This document shows positions 42,791-54,506 of a stretch of 64,000 bases of DNA, piece by piece (position 1 is the stretch's first letter; every line of letters begins with the position of its first letter). The stretch lies in assembly GCA_964016885.1 (NCBI GenBank), contig OZ024743.1, positions 27,838,001-27,902,000 of the forward strand, written 5' to 3'. Origin of the DNA: Eledone cirrhosa (Eukaryota). Position numbers and translations under genes: made by a program. The notes under the pieces were generated by a model, which was not told where the DNA came from, did not search any database, and worked only from the letters and a program-made list of their open reading frames with translations.

Positions 42791-43147
42791 CAAAGTAGCA
42801 TGCTCCACTCATTTTTTTCTCAAAGACATAATATCATTACGTAATTATCATTATCCATGATGTTCGGCCTTCAGTATCAAGTATTTGTGGCCTTTACCAA
42901 AGCCTTCGATACTGTTAATCGTAGTGCATGAGGAAACTTAGATGTCCAATTTGTTGGAACATTTTTATAAACTCCGTCAAAGAAGGGAAGCAAATATCAA
43001 ATTCAATGGGACACTTTAAGAGCCAAAACACACACATATACACGCACACATATACCTGCATACATCCATGCATGCATACATACATACATACATACATACA
43101 TACATACATACATACATACATACATACATACATACATACATACATAC

Positions 43148-43749
43148 ATGATGGCTGCCCCCCCCCCCCCCTTATCGAGTATGGCCATTGCACGATATAC
43201 CATTGTTAATATTTCTCAATTAATTCTATCGTGCAATTCCTGTGCGTCAAGATATTTTTTAAAGTGAGCAAAGACTGCACTGAGCCAATCCCACTCTCTG
43301 AGCGACAGTATCTATAACCCGAAAAGAAGAAAAGATCAACATCATCGGTAACTACTGAGCCGCAGGTTTTATATCGGAGTTATCCCAGTTTCCTGAGTTG
43401 CCTTCTAGAAGAATGCCCTGAGAAAGGCTAGGGGTCCTTCACTCCCAGTGGTTTAACCGCGCGATTGGATGTCCAGCCCGACTATTTCTATGTCCCCGCA
43501 CATATACACACACATGCACCCATGTATATACACATATACATACATATTTACACACTTTTGGATGGCAGTTGACTCTTATGAGTTCTTCCGCCCTTTGTCA
43601 TGTTTTGTTTTTTGTCCTGCAGGGTGTCCAAAAATCACCCTCCTCACCAATAAACTTGGTGGGATTGCCGGTTTAGTCGCCGACGACCCGACCATGTGAC
43701 AGGCTGCACTGGGTTACATGTTACCAGTAGCACTCAAGAGTGACCCGAC
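43148..43749 (-). mobile_element. Subfamily B full copy
   Basis: Homologous to 41453-42026; (TACA)n flanks. Confidence 0.85.
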
Positions 43750-43815
43750 ATAACATACATACATACATACATGCATACATACATACATACATACATACAT
43801 ACATACATACATACA

Positions 43816-43846
<31 letters not shown>

Positions 43847-43848
<2 letters not shown>

Positions 43849-44020
43849 GATGGCTGCAACTCGATTTCGAAAAATGCCATCATTTGATACAGATGTGGCT
43901 TCCTAGTCCAGCTAGGGAGCCACTTATGGCCAGCAATGCCATGCATAGCCACGCATCGCTAAAAATTGTCACATATCAAGCGATGCCTGTGCGAGAAGCT
44001 TTTTTAAGTGAGGAAAGGCT
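43847..44020 (-). mobile_element. Subfamily D, 5'-truncated
   Basis: Matches the 3' module of 36334-36977. Confidence 0.75.
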
Positions 44021-44679
44021 ATACATACATACATCCATACAAACAAACAAGCCAACAAACAAACAAGACTTCTCAGAATCATTGTCGGTATTTCGACATA
44101 GTAATCAATGGACAGAGTCACCAGCTTGGTTATATCAGTGAGTTATACTATATTGTTTTTGGAAATGTTGCACAGCCAGAGGTGATTGCAGAGTCTGTCT
44201 CACTTGTTTCATATATTGTAGATATTTCTGTCTAGGAATAAATCACGTTCAATTTCAATGCTTAAAGAATAGTACATATTATGTTCTGAAATAAAATTGA
44301 TATATAAAAAAAGAACCAAAAATGTTTTCTATAAAGAAATACATTATCACTAACAAAATAATATAGAATTAGAATATAGAAACCAAACAAGAGAAAGCTA
44401 TAAGAAAAACAACTTAAGAAGCGTGGGAGGTGAAAAGAAAACGAAATAAGAACAAAAAACAATAGATAAATATATAAACAAATTAGGAAAATAAAACATT
44501 AACTGAATATTTGAAAGTCAAATTAGTTGTATTCTATTATCTTTGTTTAGTTTGCATACATAATTATTGTTTAGAGGAAATCAGTGTATACGTCAATAAA
44601 CAATCAGAAGTAATAGAACTGTTTAAGAATTATCAATATCAATTATTCATATATGATATAATATACAATATATATATAT

Positions 44680-44747
<68 letters not shown>

Positions 44748-44950
44748 TATATATATATATTCGTCTATGGCATTTAGCACACCCACGTCCTCTTTATATT
44801 CACACGTATGCATGCGTGCGTACATACGTACATATACATACACACACATATATGCATGCATACATGCATACATACATACATACATACATACATACATACA
44901 TACATACATACATACATACATACATACATACATACATACATACATACGTG

Positions 44951-44991
44951 ATGATGGCTGCCCCTCGTTATGGAGTATGGCCATTGCACGA
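44951..44991 (-). mobile_element. Detached RTE/subfamily-B 3' tail
   Basis: TCGTGCAATGGCCATACTCCATAACGAGGGGCAGCCATCAT then (TGTA)n on the minus strand; continues the sequence broken at 49154. Confidence 0.7.
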
Positions 44992-45003
44992 GAAGAAAAA
45001 AAA

Positions 45004-45043
<40 letters not shown>

Positions 45044-45046
<3 letters not shown>

Positions 45047-48000
45047 GTTCGAATAACGGTGAAATGGAGACTAGAACGTCATGTGACAGACTCTCACCCA
45101 ACAGGTGCCCCCTGGCTCAGCAGCAGGAACCTGAGTGTCAACCAAATACTGCTGATGTTGGAGGAAGGAGAAGAAGGAAAGGGGCCAGAACCACCTGGAC
45201 GAAAGAATTGAATAGAACTGTTATGCAATGTTACCTGAAAAGTAACCCCAAGGAGAGGGGCTACAGGAGACGGATGCATAACATCTGGAACGAGATTGGT
45301 TTATTTAAATTAGATGAACAAAAATTGGCCGGGCAGGCTCGGGTAATAAGAACTAATGGGTGGATAAGCGAGCTGGAACTGGAGGAACTGAGCAGAGAGA
45401 ATGGCTTGGAGATGGCGGGTGTAGTATGCCAGACAAGCGAGCCAGTGGGAAATGAAGGTGAAGAGGTCCTGAGAACGGAGGAACCACCCGAAGCAGACAA
45501 TGATCTGAATACTGAGATAAATAATACCTGGAACAGAGATACGGCCACTGAAGAGATGAATGCTGACGGGCTAGGACAAGATTCGGTTGACATCCTAAAT
45601 TTAGTGGTAGATGAATTGAACAATGATAGTGGGAGACCTATGAACCTAAGATTTGTAGACAGGAAAAAGTTAAAAGAAACAACAGCTAAGGTAAACAAAG
45701 TCATCCCATACCTTGAGGCGAGGAGCCTTCACCAGTGCAACAATATCCTCAAAGCAACAGCAAATACGGTGAGGAAACTACTTGGTATAAAAGCGAGAGG
45801 AAACAACAGACAAGAAAGAGCAGAGCCGTGGTGGAAGAAGCGACTGAGTGGGCAAATCGGGGAAATGAGAAATGACATAGGAAAGCTTGAGTCACTACTG
45901 AATGGGACACTAAAAAACATAGGCACTAAAAATAGACTGGAAATAAAATACAAAACTAGGAGGAAAAAGCTAAATATTATCATAGAGGAACTGAAGCAAC
46001 GCATTGTAGCAAAGAGTGCAAAAATCAGGCGATACGAGAACAGAGTCAGTCAGTATAAACAGAACCGCATGTTCGACAACAACCAGAAGATGCTGTTTGG
46101 ACAGCTTGAGGGGAAAGAAAGAGGCAACGACTTGATCCCTGGGGCGGAGCAAACTAAAACATTCTGGAGAGGAATATGGGAGCAGGATGTTAGACATAAT
46201 GTCCAGGCAGGGTGGATTGGGACAGTACAGAGGGAGATCGGTGAGCAGGCACAACAACAAACTGATTTGAGTATCACAGTTGAAACTCTTAAGGGGCAGG
46301 CCAAAAAACTAGCCAACTGGAAATCACCAGGCCCAGATGGTGTGCAGGGGTATTGGATTAAACATTTAACATCCCTCCACCCGAAGCTGACGGCCATGTT
46401 CAATGACTGCTTGGTGTCGGGTGAGGTGCCAGAGTGGTTGACAAAAGGTACCACAGTTCTGATAATGAAAGACCGAATCAAGGGTAATGATGTTACCAAC
46501 TATAGACCTATCACATGTCTGTCCGTAATGTGGAAACTGTTGACGAGCATTGTGTCTGAGGAAATCTGCCATCACCTCCACACAAACAACTTGTTACCGG
46601 ACGAACAGAAAGGATGCCGAAAGAAGTCACGTGGTACAAAGGACCAGTTACTTATTGATAAGATGGTAATGGGGAATTGCAGGAGGAGACACACTGATCT
46701 TGCCATGGGATGGATAGATTACAGAAAGGCATTTGACATGGTGCCTCATTCTTGGATCACCAAAAGCCTGGAGATCTTCAGGGTGGCAGATAACATCAGA
46801 CAGTTGCTGGGCAGGAGTATGGGGTCCTGGGAGACAGAGTTGACATCAACTGGAGTATCCTTGGGAAGCGTGAAGATCAATAGAGGTATCTTCCAGGGAG
46901 ATAGCCTGTCCCCTCTGTTGTTTGTCCTTGCCCTGATGCCCTTGACCATTATGCTGCGAAAAGTGAGGGCAGGATACAAGTTGGGAAGGGGAGAGCTTAC
47001 CATCAATCACCTCCTCTTCGTGGACGATCTTAAGCTCTTCGGGAAAAGTGAGAAGGCGTTGGATGTGCTTGTTGACACTGTCCGTATTTTCAGCAGTGAT
47101 ATATGTATGCAGTTTGGTATTGGTAAATGTGGAGTCATTGTGATGAGGAGGGGTAGGTTGAGCAGAAGTAACGGGATCCAAATACCAACAGGTGAGATGA
47201 TAAAGGAAATTGACTCTGAGGAAGGATACAAATATTTGGGCGTTCTGGAGGCTGATGGCATAAAGAACAAAAAAATGAAGGAATTGTTAAGAACTGAATA
47301 CATTCGGAGAGTAAGGAGCGTATTGAAGTCACATCTGAACAGCAGAAATGCCATAAGCGCAGTAAATTCCCGAGCTGTGTCTATTATTAGGTACAGTGCG
47401 GGAATTCTGAGATGGAATGTTGCTGAACAAAAAGAAATGGATAGGAAGACTAGGAAGCTATTGACCATCTACAACATGTTCCACAAGAGGAGTGATGTCG
47501 ATAGACTCTACCTAAGGAGATCTGAGGGTGGAAGAGGTCTTATCAGCATAGAGGACTGTGTTCAGATGGAGAAAAACAACCTATACAAATACGTGACCTA
47601 TAGTAAGGAGCCAATGCTCAGAACTGTACTGAAGGAGGGGACAGTAGGCCAGGGGATGTCCAAGGAGGAAATAAAATCAAGGAGGAAGAGCAGCCTTAAG
47701 GGAAAATCCCTTCATAGTACCTTCTTTGAGAAAACTGAATTTAGAGATCCACAGGCATGGAACTGGTTGAGAAGAGGAGACCTCAAAAAGGCTACAGAAG
47801 GAATGCTAATGGCTGCGCAGGAGCAGGCCCTCAAAACGAAGTGGTTGAAGCACCATATTTACAAGGAGGAGGCTAGCCCACTGTGCAGGATCTATGGAGA
47901 GAGAGAGGAGACTGTGGCTCACATTGTGTCCGAGTGTAAACACCTAGCCCAGACCCACTATAAGGGCTGGAGACACGATGTGATGGGCAGGGTGATCCAC

Positions 48001-48530
48001 TGGCACCTGTGCAAAGTAAACAATTTACCACATTCTGTGAAATGGTATGAGCATAGGCCAGAGGCGGTGATGGAGAACAATCAGGTGAAGGTGCTGTGGG
48101 ATTTTAGGATACAGACGGACAAAAAACTGGAACACAATAGACCTGACCTGGTGGTTGTGGACAAAGAAAAAAGATCGTGCCTGATTGTGGATGTGGCCTG
48201 CCCTTCGACACGAGAGTGCAAGAGAAGGAGAGGGAGAAAATTAACCGATACCAGGACCTAAAGTGGGAGGTGAAAAGGATTTGGAACTGCCATGAAGTCA
48301 AAGTGATCCCGATTGTCATAGGCGCACTGGGGACTATCTCCAAAAGTTTCCAGGGATGGTTGAAGAAGATCGGCCCCTTCACGCTTTTTGGAACACTTCA
48401 AAAGGCATGCTTGCTTGGAACAGCAAGAACCCTCCGATACGTCCTGAATATCTGAGGCTGCAGGTAGTGGCTTGATATTCAATCCAACGGACTTTCCAGT
48501 TAACCAACATCAATGACTGAAATTCAAGGA
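45044..48530 (+). mobile_element. Near-full-length R4/Dong-clade non-LTR retrotransposon in (TAA)n
   Basis: Single RT-CCHC-RLE ORF; (TAA)n on both flanks, the known target of Dong elements. Confidence 0.92.
45064..48455 (+). CDS. RT + zinc knuckle + restriction-like endonuclease polyprotein, one frameshift near 48203
   Basis: [57 protein letters not shown] (second Cys is Tyr), RHD, RPDLVV..IVDVACP; C-terminus continues in ORF 48177-48455. Confidence 0.9.
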
Positions 48531-48616
48531 ATAACAACAATAATAATTATAATAATAATAATAAATAAATAAAAAAAATAAAAAAGAAATATATATATAT
48601 ATATATATATACATAC

Positions 48617-48946
48617 ATGGTGGCTGCCAACTCGTTTTCGAGTACGGCCACTACTTTATATCCATGTAGGAGAACCCCTACCGATGCGCTGAACGGGTGT
48701 GACTTTTTAGTCCAGCCAGCGACTTGAAAACTCTGGTAAAAACACTACACTTGTGACAATTATTGACACATAGTGCTGGGCCCATGGTACCATGTGACGA
48801 CAAGTGCAGAGAGATCTCCAGATACAAAGCAATACCTGTGCCGTGAAGCTTTTATAGTGAGCAAAGGCACTGCACAAAGCCAGTCCCACTCTCTTAACCA
48901 AGATGATATTTACCAAAAAGAAGAACAAGTCAACATCATTGGATAC
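48617..48946 (-). mobile_element. Subfamily C, 5'-truncated
   Basis: Reverse complement of about 34782-35110. Confidence 0.85.
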
Positions 48947-49015
48947 ATACATACATATATACATACACACATACATACACATACACACACATATACACAC
49001 ACATACATTAATAAC

Positions 49016-49055
<40 letters not shown>

Positions 49056-49153
49056 GCAATAATAATAATAACGACAACAACAATAATAATATACATATTC
49101 ATATATATATACACACAGACGCACGCACATAAGCATATCTACACACACACACA

Positions 49154-52100
49154 CACGATAGCAACTAACAGTGCTGCGATCGAATGCGGCTTTTTAGCCC
49201 AGCCAATGATCTAAAATGTCTTGCACAGAGTCGGCAACCAAAACATTCACTGGGAATAGTCGGCTGTGGTTGGAGTTCGTGTACTTTTGCATGTCGCTTG
49301 AGCCCTCCTGCTGATTTACATTCTCTACCACATGTTTGGCAAGCATGATGAGTAGCATCTCCAACAGCAGCCTGGTAGTCAACCACTGGTCTTACTTTAT
49401 GACTGCGAAGATGACTTTTGAGTCCAGCTTTGCTTAGGCAGAGTCTCGCACAGACGCTGCATGTCAGCACCATAGGAGGACCCTCGCCGTCTGGAAGTGC
49501 AACAGCAATGCCCTTCCTCACATCCCGCTTTACTTTCTCGTGTGCGATTCGAGATGCCTCAAAGGCAACTTTTCCCTCATATACAGTCTTTCTCCATTTA
49601 TTACGATCAGCAGCAATATTTTCCCATGTATCAGCAGAGATGTTAGCGTCTTTCAGAGAGGCTTTCAAGGAATCCTTATACCTCTTTTTTGGTTTATGTG
49701 GCGGTCGTTTTCCTTTAACCAACTCTCCATAGAAAAGTTGTTTTGGTATTCTAGAATCCTTCATCCTGGCAAGGTGACCACTCCAACGGAGTCGTTGCTT
49801 AAGCACAAGAGCTTCTATACTGTCACACATAGAGCTTTCCAAAATCTCGACATCACTGATGTGGTCCCTCCAGTTAACGCCATGGATCCGTCTGAGACAC
49901 ATCTGATGGAAACGCTCCAATTGCCTAAGGTGGCGTCGATATGTGACCCAGGTCTCTCAGGCATAAAGAAGACAAGAGAGTACACATGCCCTGTACACCT
50001 TTACCTTTGTCCTCCTGCATATGTCTCGCCGACCCCCAGAGTCGCCTTTCTAGCTTTCCGAAAGCATCACTTGCTTTCCTAATCCTAAGTGAGATTTCAC
50101 TGTCAAGGTTGCCGTATCGATTGACAGTGCTTCCCAGGTAGACAAACTGATCAACCACTCCAAGTCGTTTGCCATACACATAGATGTTTGGTTCAGTGTA
50201 CTGCTTACTGGGGGCAGGTTGGTACATGACGACGGCTTTCTTGAGACTGACAGTCAAACCCAGGGCAGTGCAAGCGTCAGAAAATGCATTCAAAATGTGC
50301 TGCATATCACGCTACAAGATCGCAATCATCTGCATACAAGAGGTCTCTTATGATTGATGTAAATACTTTTGTCTTCGCAGCAAAGCGCCTGATGTTAAAT
50401 ATGCTGCCTGAGGTTCGATATCGGATGTAAACACCATGCTCGCAATTCCTGAATGCAATACAGAAAACTATTGCAAAGTATATGGCAAACAGGGTCGGTG
50501 CTGGAATATCCCCCTGTTTCACTCCATTGTTTACTGAGATAGGCTCCGACATGTTACCTCCGACATTAACCCAAGCCTTCATGTCGTCATGGAAAGACCT
50601 AACTAAAGCGAGGAACTTATCAGGGCAACCAAGTTTCTGGAGAACCTTCCATAATGCATCTCTGTTGACAGTATCGAAAGCCTTTGTCAGATCGACAAAA
50701 ACCTGATACAGATCCAAGCCTTGTTCAATGCACTTCTCCTGGAGCTGTCTAGCTGAGAAGATCATATCAGTAGTGCCGCGTCCAGCACGAAACCCAGATT
50801 GACTTTCAGGAAGAACACAATCTGCAATGTGTGTCAGCAGACGGTCCAGAAGCATCCTACATAAAACTTTCCCTTCGACAGAAAGCAATGATATACCTCT
50901 GTAGTTCCCACAATCATTCCTGTTACCCTTTCCCTTATACAAGACCACCATTACTGCATCTCTCCAGTCCTCAGGCACGGATTCATTAGCCCATATCCTT
51001 CCAAACAAAGAGTGAAGATGTTGCAGGAGTCTCTCACCACCATATTGTAGGAGCTCAGCATGTATGCCATCCATACCTGGAGATCTTCCACTGTTCAGCT
51101 TCGAAATAGCCACTGCAACCTCCACAAGCGTCGGAGGTTCTGCGAGAGCTACTTTCACAGGACTTTCTGGAATGAGATTGAGGAAATCTTCACTGACGAC
51201 AGACGGCTGATTCAAAAGATCATCAAAGTGCTCTCGCCATCTTCGTAGAATTCCCTGTGAGTCACGAAGAAGTTCTTTGCCATCCTTGCTGCGAAGCGGT
51301 TTCACCAGAGAAGAAGACGGTCCATAAACCTCACGCAAGAGACTTTGTGTTATTGGAATCAGACGCAGTTTGTATCTCACCAGCCTTCTCACTCCACCAC
51401 TGATCCTTCATCTGAGAAAGACTCCGCCTAACACGTGATTTTACATCCCTGAGCTCCTCATGCAACGTATTCCTCTCCTGTGGTTTTGCCGTCAAGTAGC
51501 GTGACAGAGCACGCCTCTTATCAGCCAATAAGTCTTCTATATGTACATCATTCTCATTAAACCAGTCCTGATGTTTTCTCTGCACCAATCCCAGAACACG
51601 CCTGCCTACATCATAAACCGACTTTTTAAGGGTCGGCCAATCCTCACCAAGATCTGCAGCCTGCATCTCTTCTTCCAATGTCCTCTTCACATGTTTATCC
51701 TTAAGACGAGCAGCATTCAATCTTTTGGGCAGGGTAACACCAGGAGCCCGGATTTTACGTTTGGTGATTAGTTTCACTTTTGCGCGTACCAGGCGGTGGT
51801 CCGTCCAGCACTCAGCTCCACGAAGAACACGAACACACTGCACATCCTGTCTGTCACGCATCCTGACTAGGACGTAGTCCAAAAGATGCCATTCCTTAGA
51901 TGCAGGATGCATCCATGTGGTCTTGAATTTGTTCTTTTGTTGGAACATGGTGTTGGTAACACACAGATCCAGCTCCTCACACATCTGCAGCAGGAGCATA
52001 CCATTGCTGTTACACTTTCCCACCCCATGCCTTCCGATTACATTCCATGTGTTAAAATCCCTACCCACTCTAGCATTAAAGTCACCAAGCACGATGACTT

Positions 52101-53060
52101 TGTCTGCCTGAGGGATATTTCTTAGAACACCTTTCAATGCATGGTAAAAGGACAGTTTTTCTTCATCGACAGAATTCATAGTTGGAGCATACACACTCAC
52201 CAGGGTAGCATATCTTCCCTTGTCCAGCGGAACTCTCGTGGACATAAGACGCTCACTAATCCCTACTGGGAATTCTTTTAATTTATTCACAAGTACAGTC
52301 TTAACAGCAAATCCTACCCCAGCCTCTCTTCTGGTTCCTTCATCTCTTCCTTTCCAGAAGAATGTATATTCTCCACAAAATTCCGTAAGATGACCATCTC
52401 CAACTAACCTCGTCTCAGATAAAGCCACGATGTCAAGATCGTAACGTCGAAGCTCCTTTGCAACAAGAGCGGTCCTTCGTTCAGGACGCTCCAAAGAATC
52501 CCTGTCAAGCAGCGTCCGTACGTTCCAGCAGCCAAGACTAAATGCCCTGTTTGGCTCTATTACAATGGCACGATGACGAGCGGGCCCAGGATGTGATAAC
52601 TTGGGGCCCCTGCCCTTATTGCCAATGATCTTTTTTGTTCCAGAACTTAAATTGCCAATTATCTCTTTTACATTGTTCTGGAACATCATTGAATTGGAAA
52701 AAAAAAAAAAAAAAAAAGTAATAATAATAGTAATAATAATAATAATAATAATAATAGTACACTATTAATAATTATTAATGCACTCGTGCAATGCCTGTGC
52801 GTGACGAATATTTTTAAAGTGAGGAAAGACTGTGCACTGAGCCAATCCCACTCTCTGAGCGACAGTAGCTATAACCCGAAAAGAAGAAAAGATCAACATC
52901 ATCGGTAACTACTGAGCCGCAGGTTTTATATCGGAGTTAACCCAGTTTCCTGAGATGCCTTCTCCTAGAAGAATGCCCTAACAAGGGCTAGGGGTTCTTC
53001 ACTCCCAGTGGTTTAACTGCGCGATCGGGCATCCAGCCCGATTATTTCTATGTCCCCGGG
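49154..53060 (-). mobile_element. RTE-clade LINE, near full length
   Basis: 5'UTR 53060-52760, AT tract, then a single EN-RT ORF with several disablements. Confidence 0.92.
49165..52689 (-). pseudogene. RTE ORF: APE endonuclease, RT, three C2H2 fingers; disrupted near 51335, 50307 and 50020
   Basis: CWNVRTL, LSETR, VYAPT, LGDFNARVG, TDHRLV; NYRGISLL, FVDLTKAFD, GVKQGD, LLYADD; three CxxC..H..H motifs (first His of the last one is Arg). Confidence 0.92.
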
Positions 53061-53211
53061 CAAAAAAAAAAAAAAAAAAAAAAGAATCACTTATTGACAT
53101 TTATACGTACGACATACACACACTCGCATACATATGCGCGCACACAGCAACACTCATACATACAACAAACACACACACACGCTACTCTACTCACTTACAC
53201 GCACACACACG

Positions 53212-53279
<68 letters not shown>

Positions 53280-53284
<5 letters not shown>

Positions 53285-54506
53285 GGATATACCCCAAACC
53301 ACCACTCCGACTGACAACCAAATTTATTTAAACGTTCAAAACGTATGCAACTCCATCGAAAAACTTATGAATACCAACACAGAACAAACGACATTGCTCC
53401 ATATCAAAAACCAAATGGGATACCTCTGGAAAAAACATCTAAAAACCAGAAAATTCACTTTCTGGAATATGATAAAAAACCTCAACAAAGCTGGAATTTA
53501 CCAAAAATGGATTAACTCAACACCGATAGTTTTACCACGTAAATTCCAAATAAAGCATATTACAAACGAACCTGAACCAGAAAGAAAACTCCGTGAACAA
53601 ATGTCACTCAACAGGATAAACATGGAAATAGAACTCCTAAAATTAAGGGCCACCTCAAACGAGCAAGTGTATAAGGATACTGATAAAAATATGGAGGAAG
53701 AATGCACTAAAAAGGCCGAGGGAACAACCCTACAAAATTTAATCAAATCGTGGAAACAGGACTGCGAGAATGCAGAAACTATTTCCCTTAAGCGGTGGGA
53801 AAAATCCGAAAACTGGTTCCTCAAATATGAAGAAGACTTTAAAAGGACGCACCAAACAGGTAACCCCTTTATAAAGCATTTGAACATAACAAGAACTACA
53901 ACAGACACATTTACACCACCAAACCAAACACACACTAACCACAGGCACATCCCCCACCAACACAAACCAAATACGGCCAACTACACCAAAAGAAACACAC
54001 CCAACCACCACAACACAGGTTTCCGTAGAAATGCCCCCTACATAAACCAACGACGAAATAACATAGATCCAACTCACAACACACACACCACATTCCTCAG
54101 AAGAAATCCACCCAGACCACTTGAAATCACAACAGAACTTACCCACAACCACACCAGACATCACCCTCAATCCAACAAAAGACAACTCCCCAACCTCAAC
54201 ACTCTGTACCACAGAAATAACGCACCCAGACCACATGAGCCAACAACAGAACCCTTGCTCATCAACAACCACAACACATACCACCCCCACCATCACATTC
54301 ACCCTCATGAAACAACAAGCTACAGACCCACACGCAACAGACCAACAAAATATAATCACACACAAAACTACATTCCTTTTTTAGGGAAAAGCCTGAAATA
54401 CCAGGATACTCGATGCCCCCCCCCCCCCCCCCCCTCAGGAGAAACCAAAAATAATCAACCTCTCAAAGACACCTCTAACCAACACACAAATCAACATTTT
54501 AAGTAA
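53280..54506 (+). CDS. PLE N-terminal ORF (helical region plus His/Thr/Asn-rich linker), probably 5'-truncated
   Basis: Open frame from the (TA)n edge; overlaps the RT frame around a 19-C run. Confidence 0.6.

Noticed and set aside
44767-45063. N-terminal extension of the 1164-aa ORF
   Set aside because: Read-through of microsatellite and an antisense RTE tail; the likely start is the ATG at 45064.
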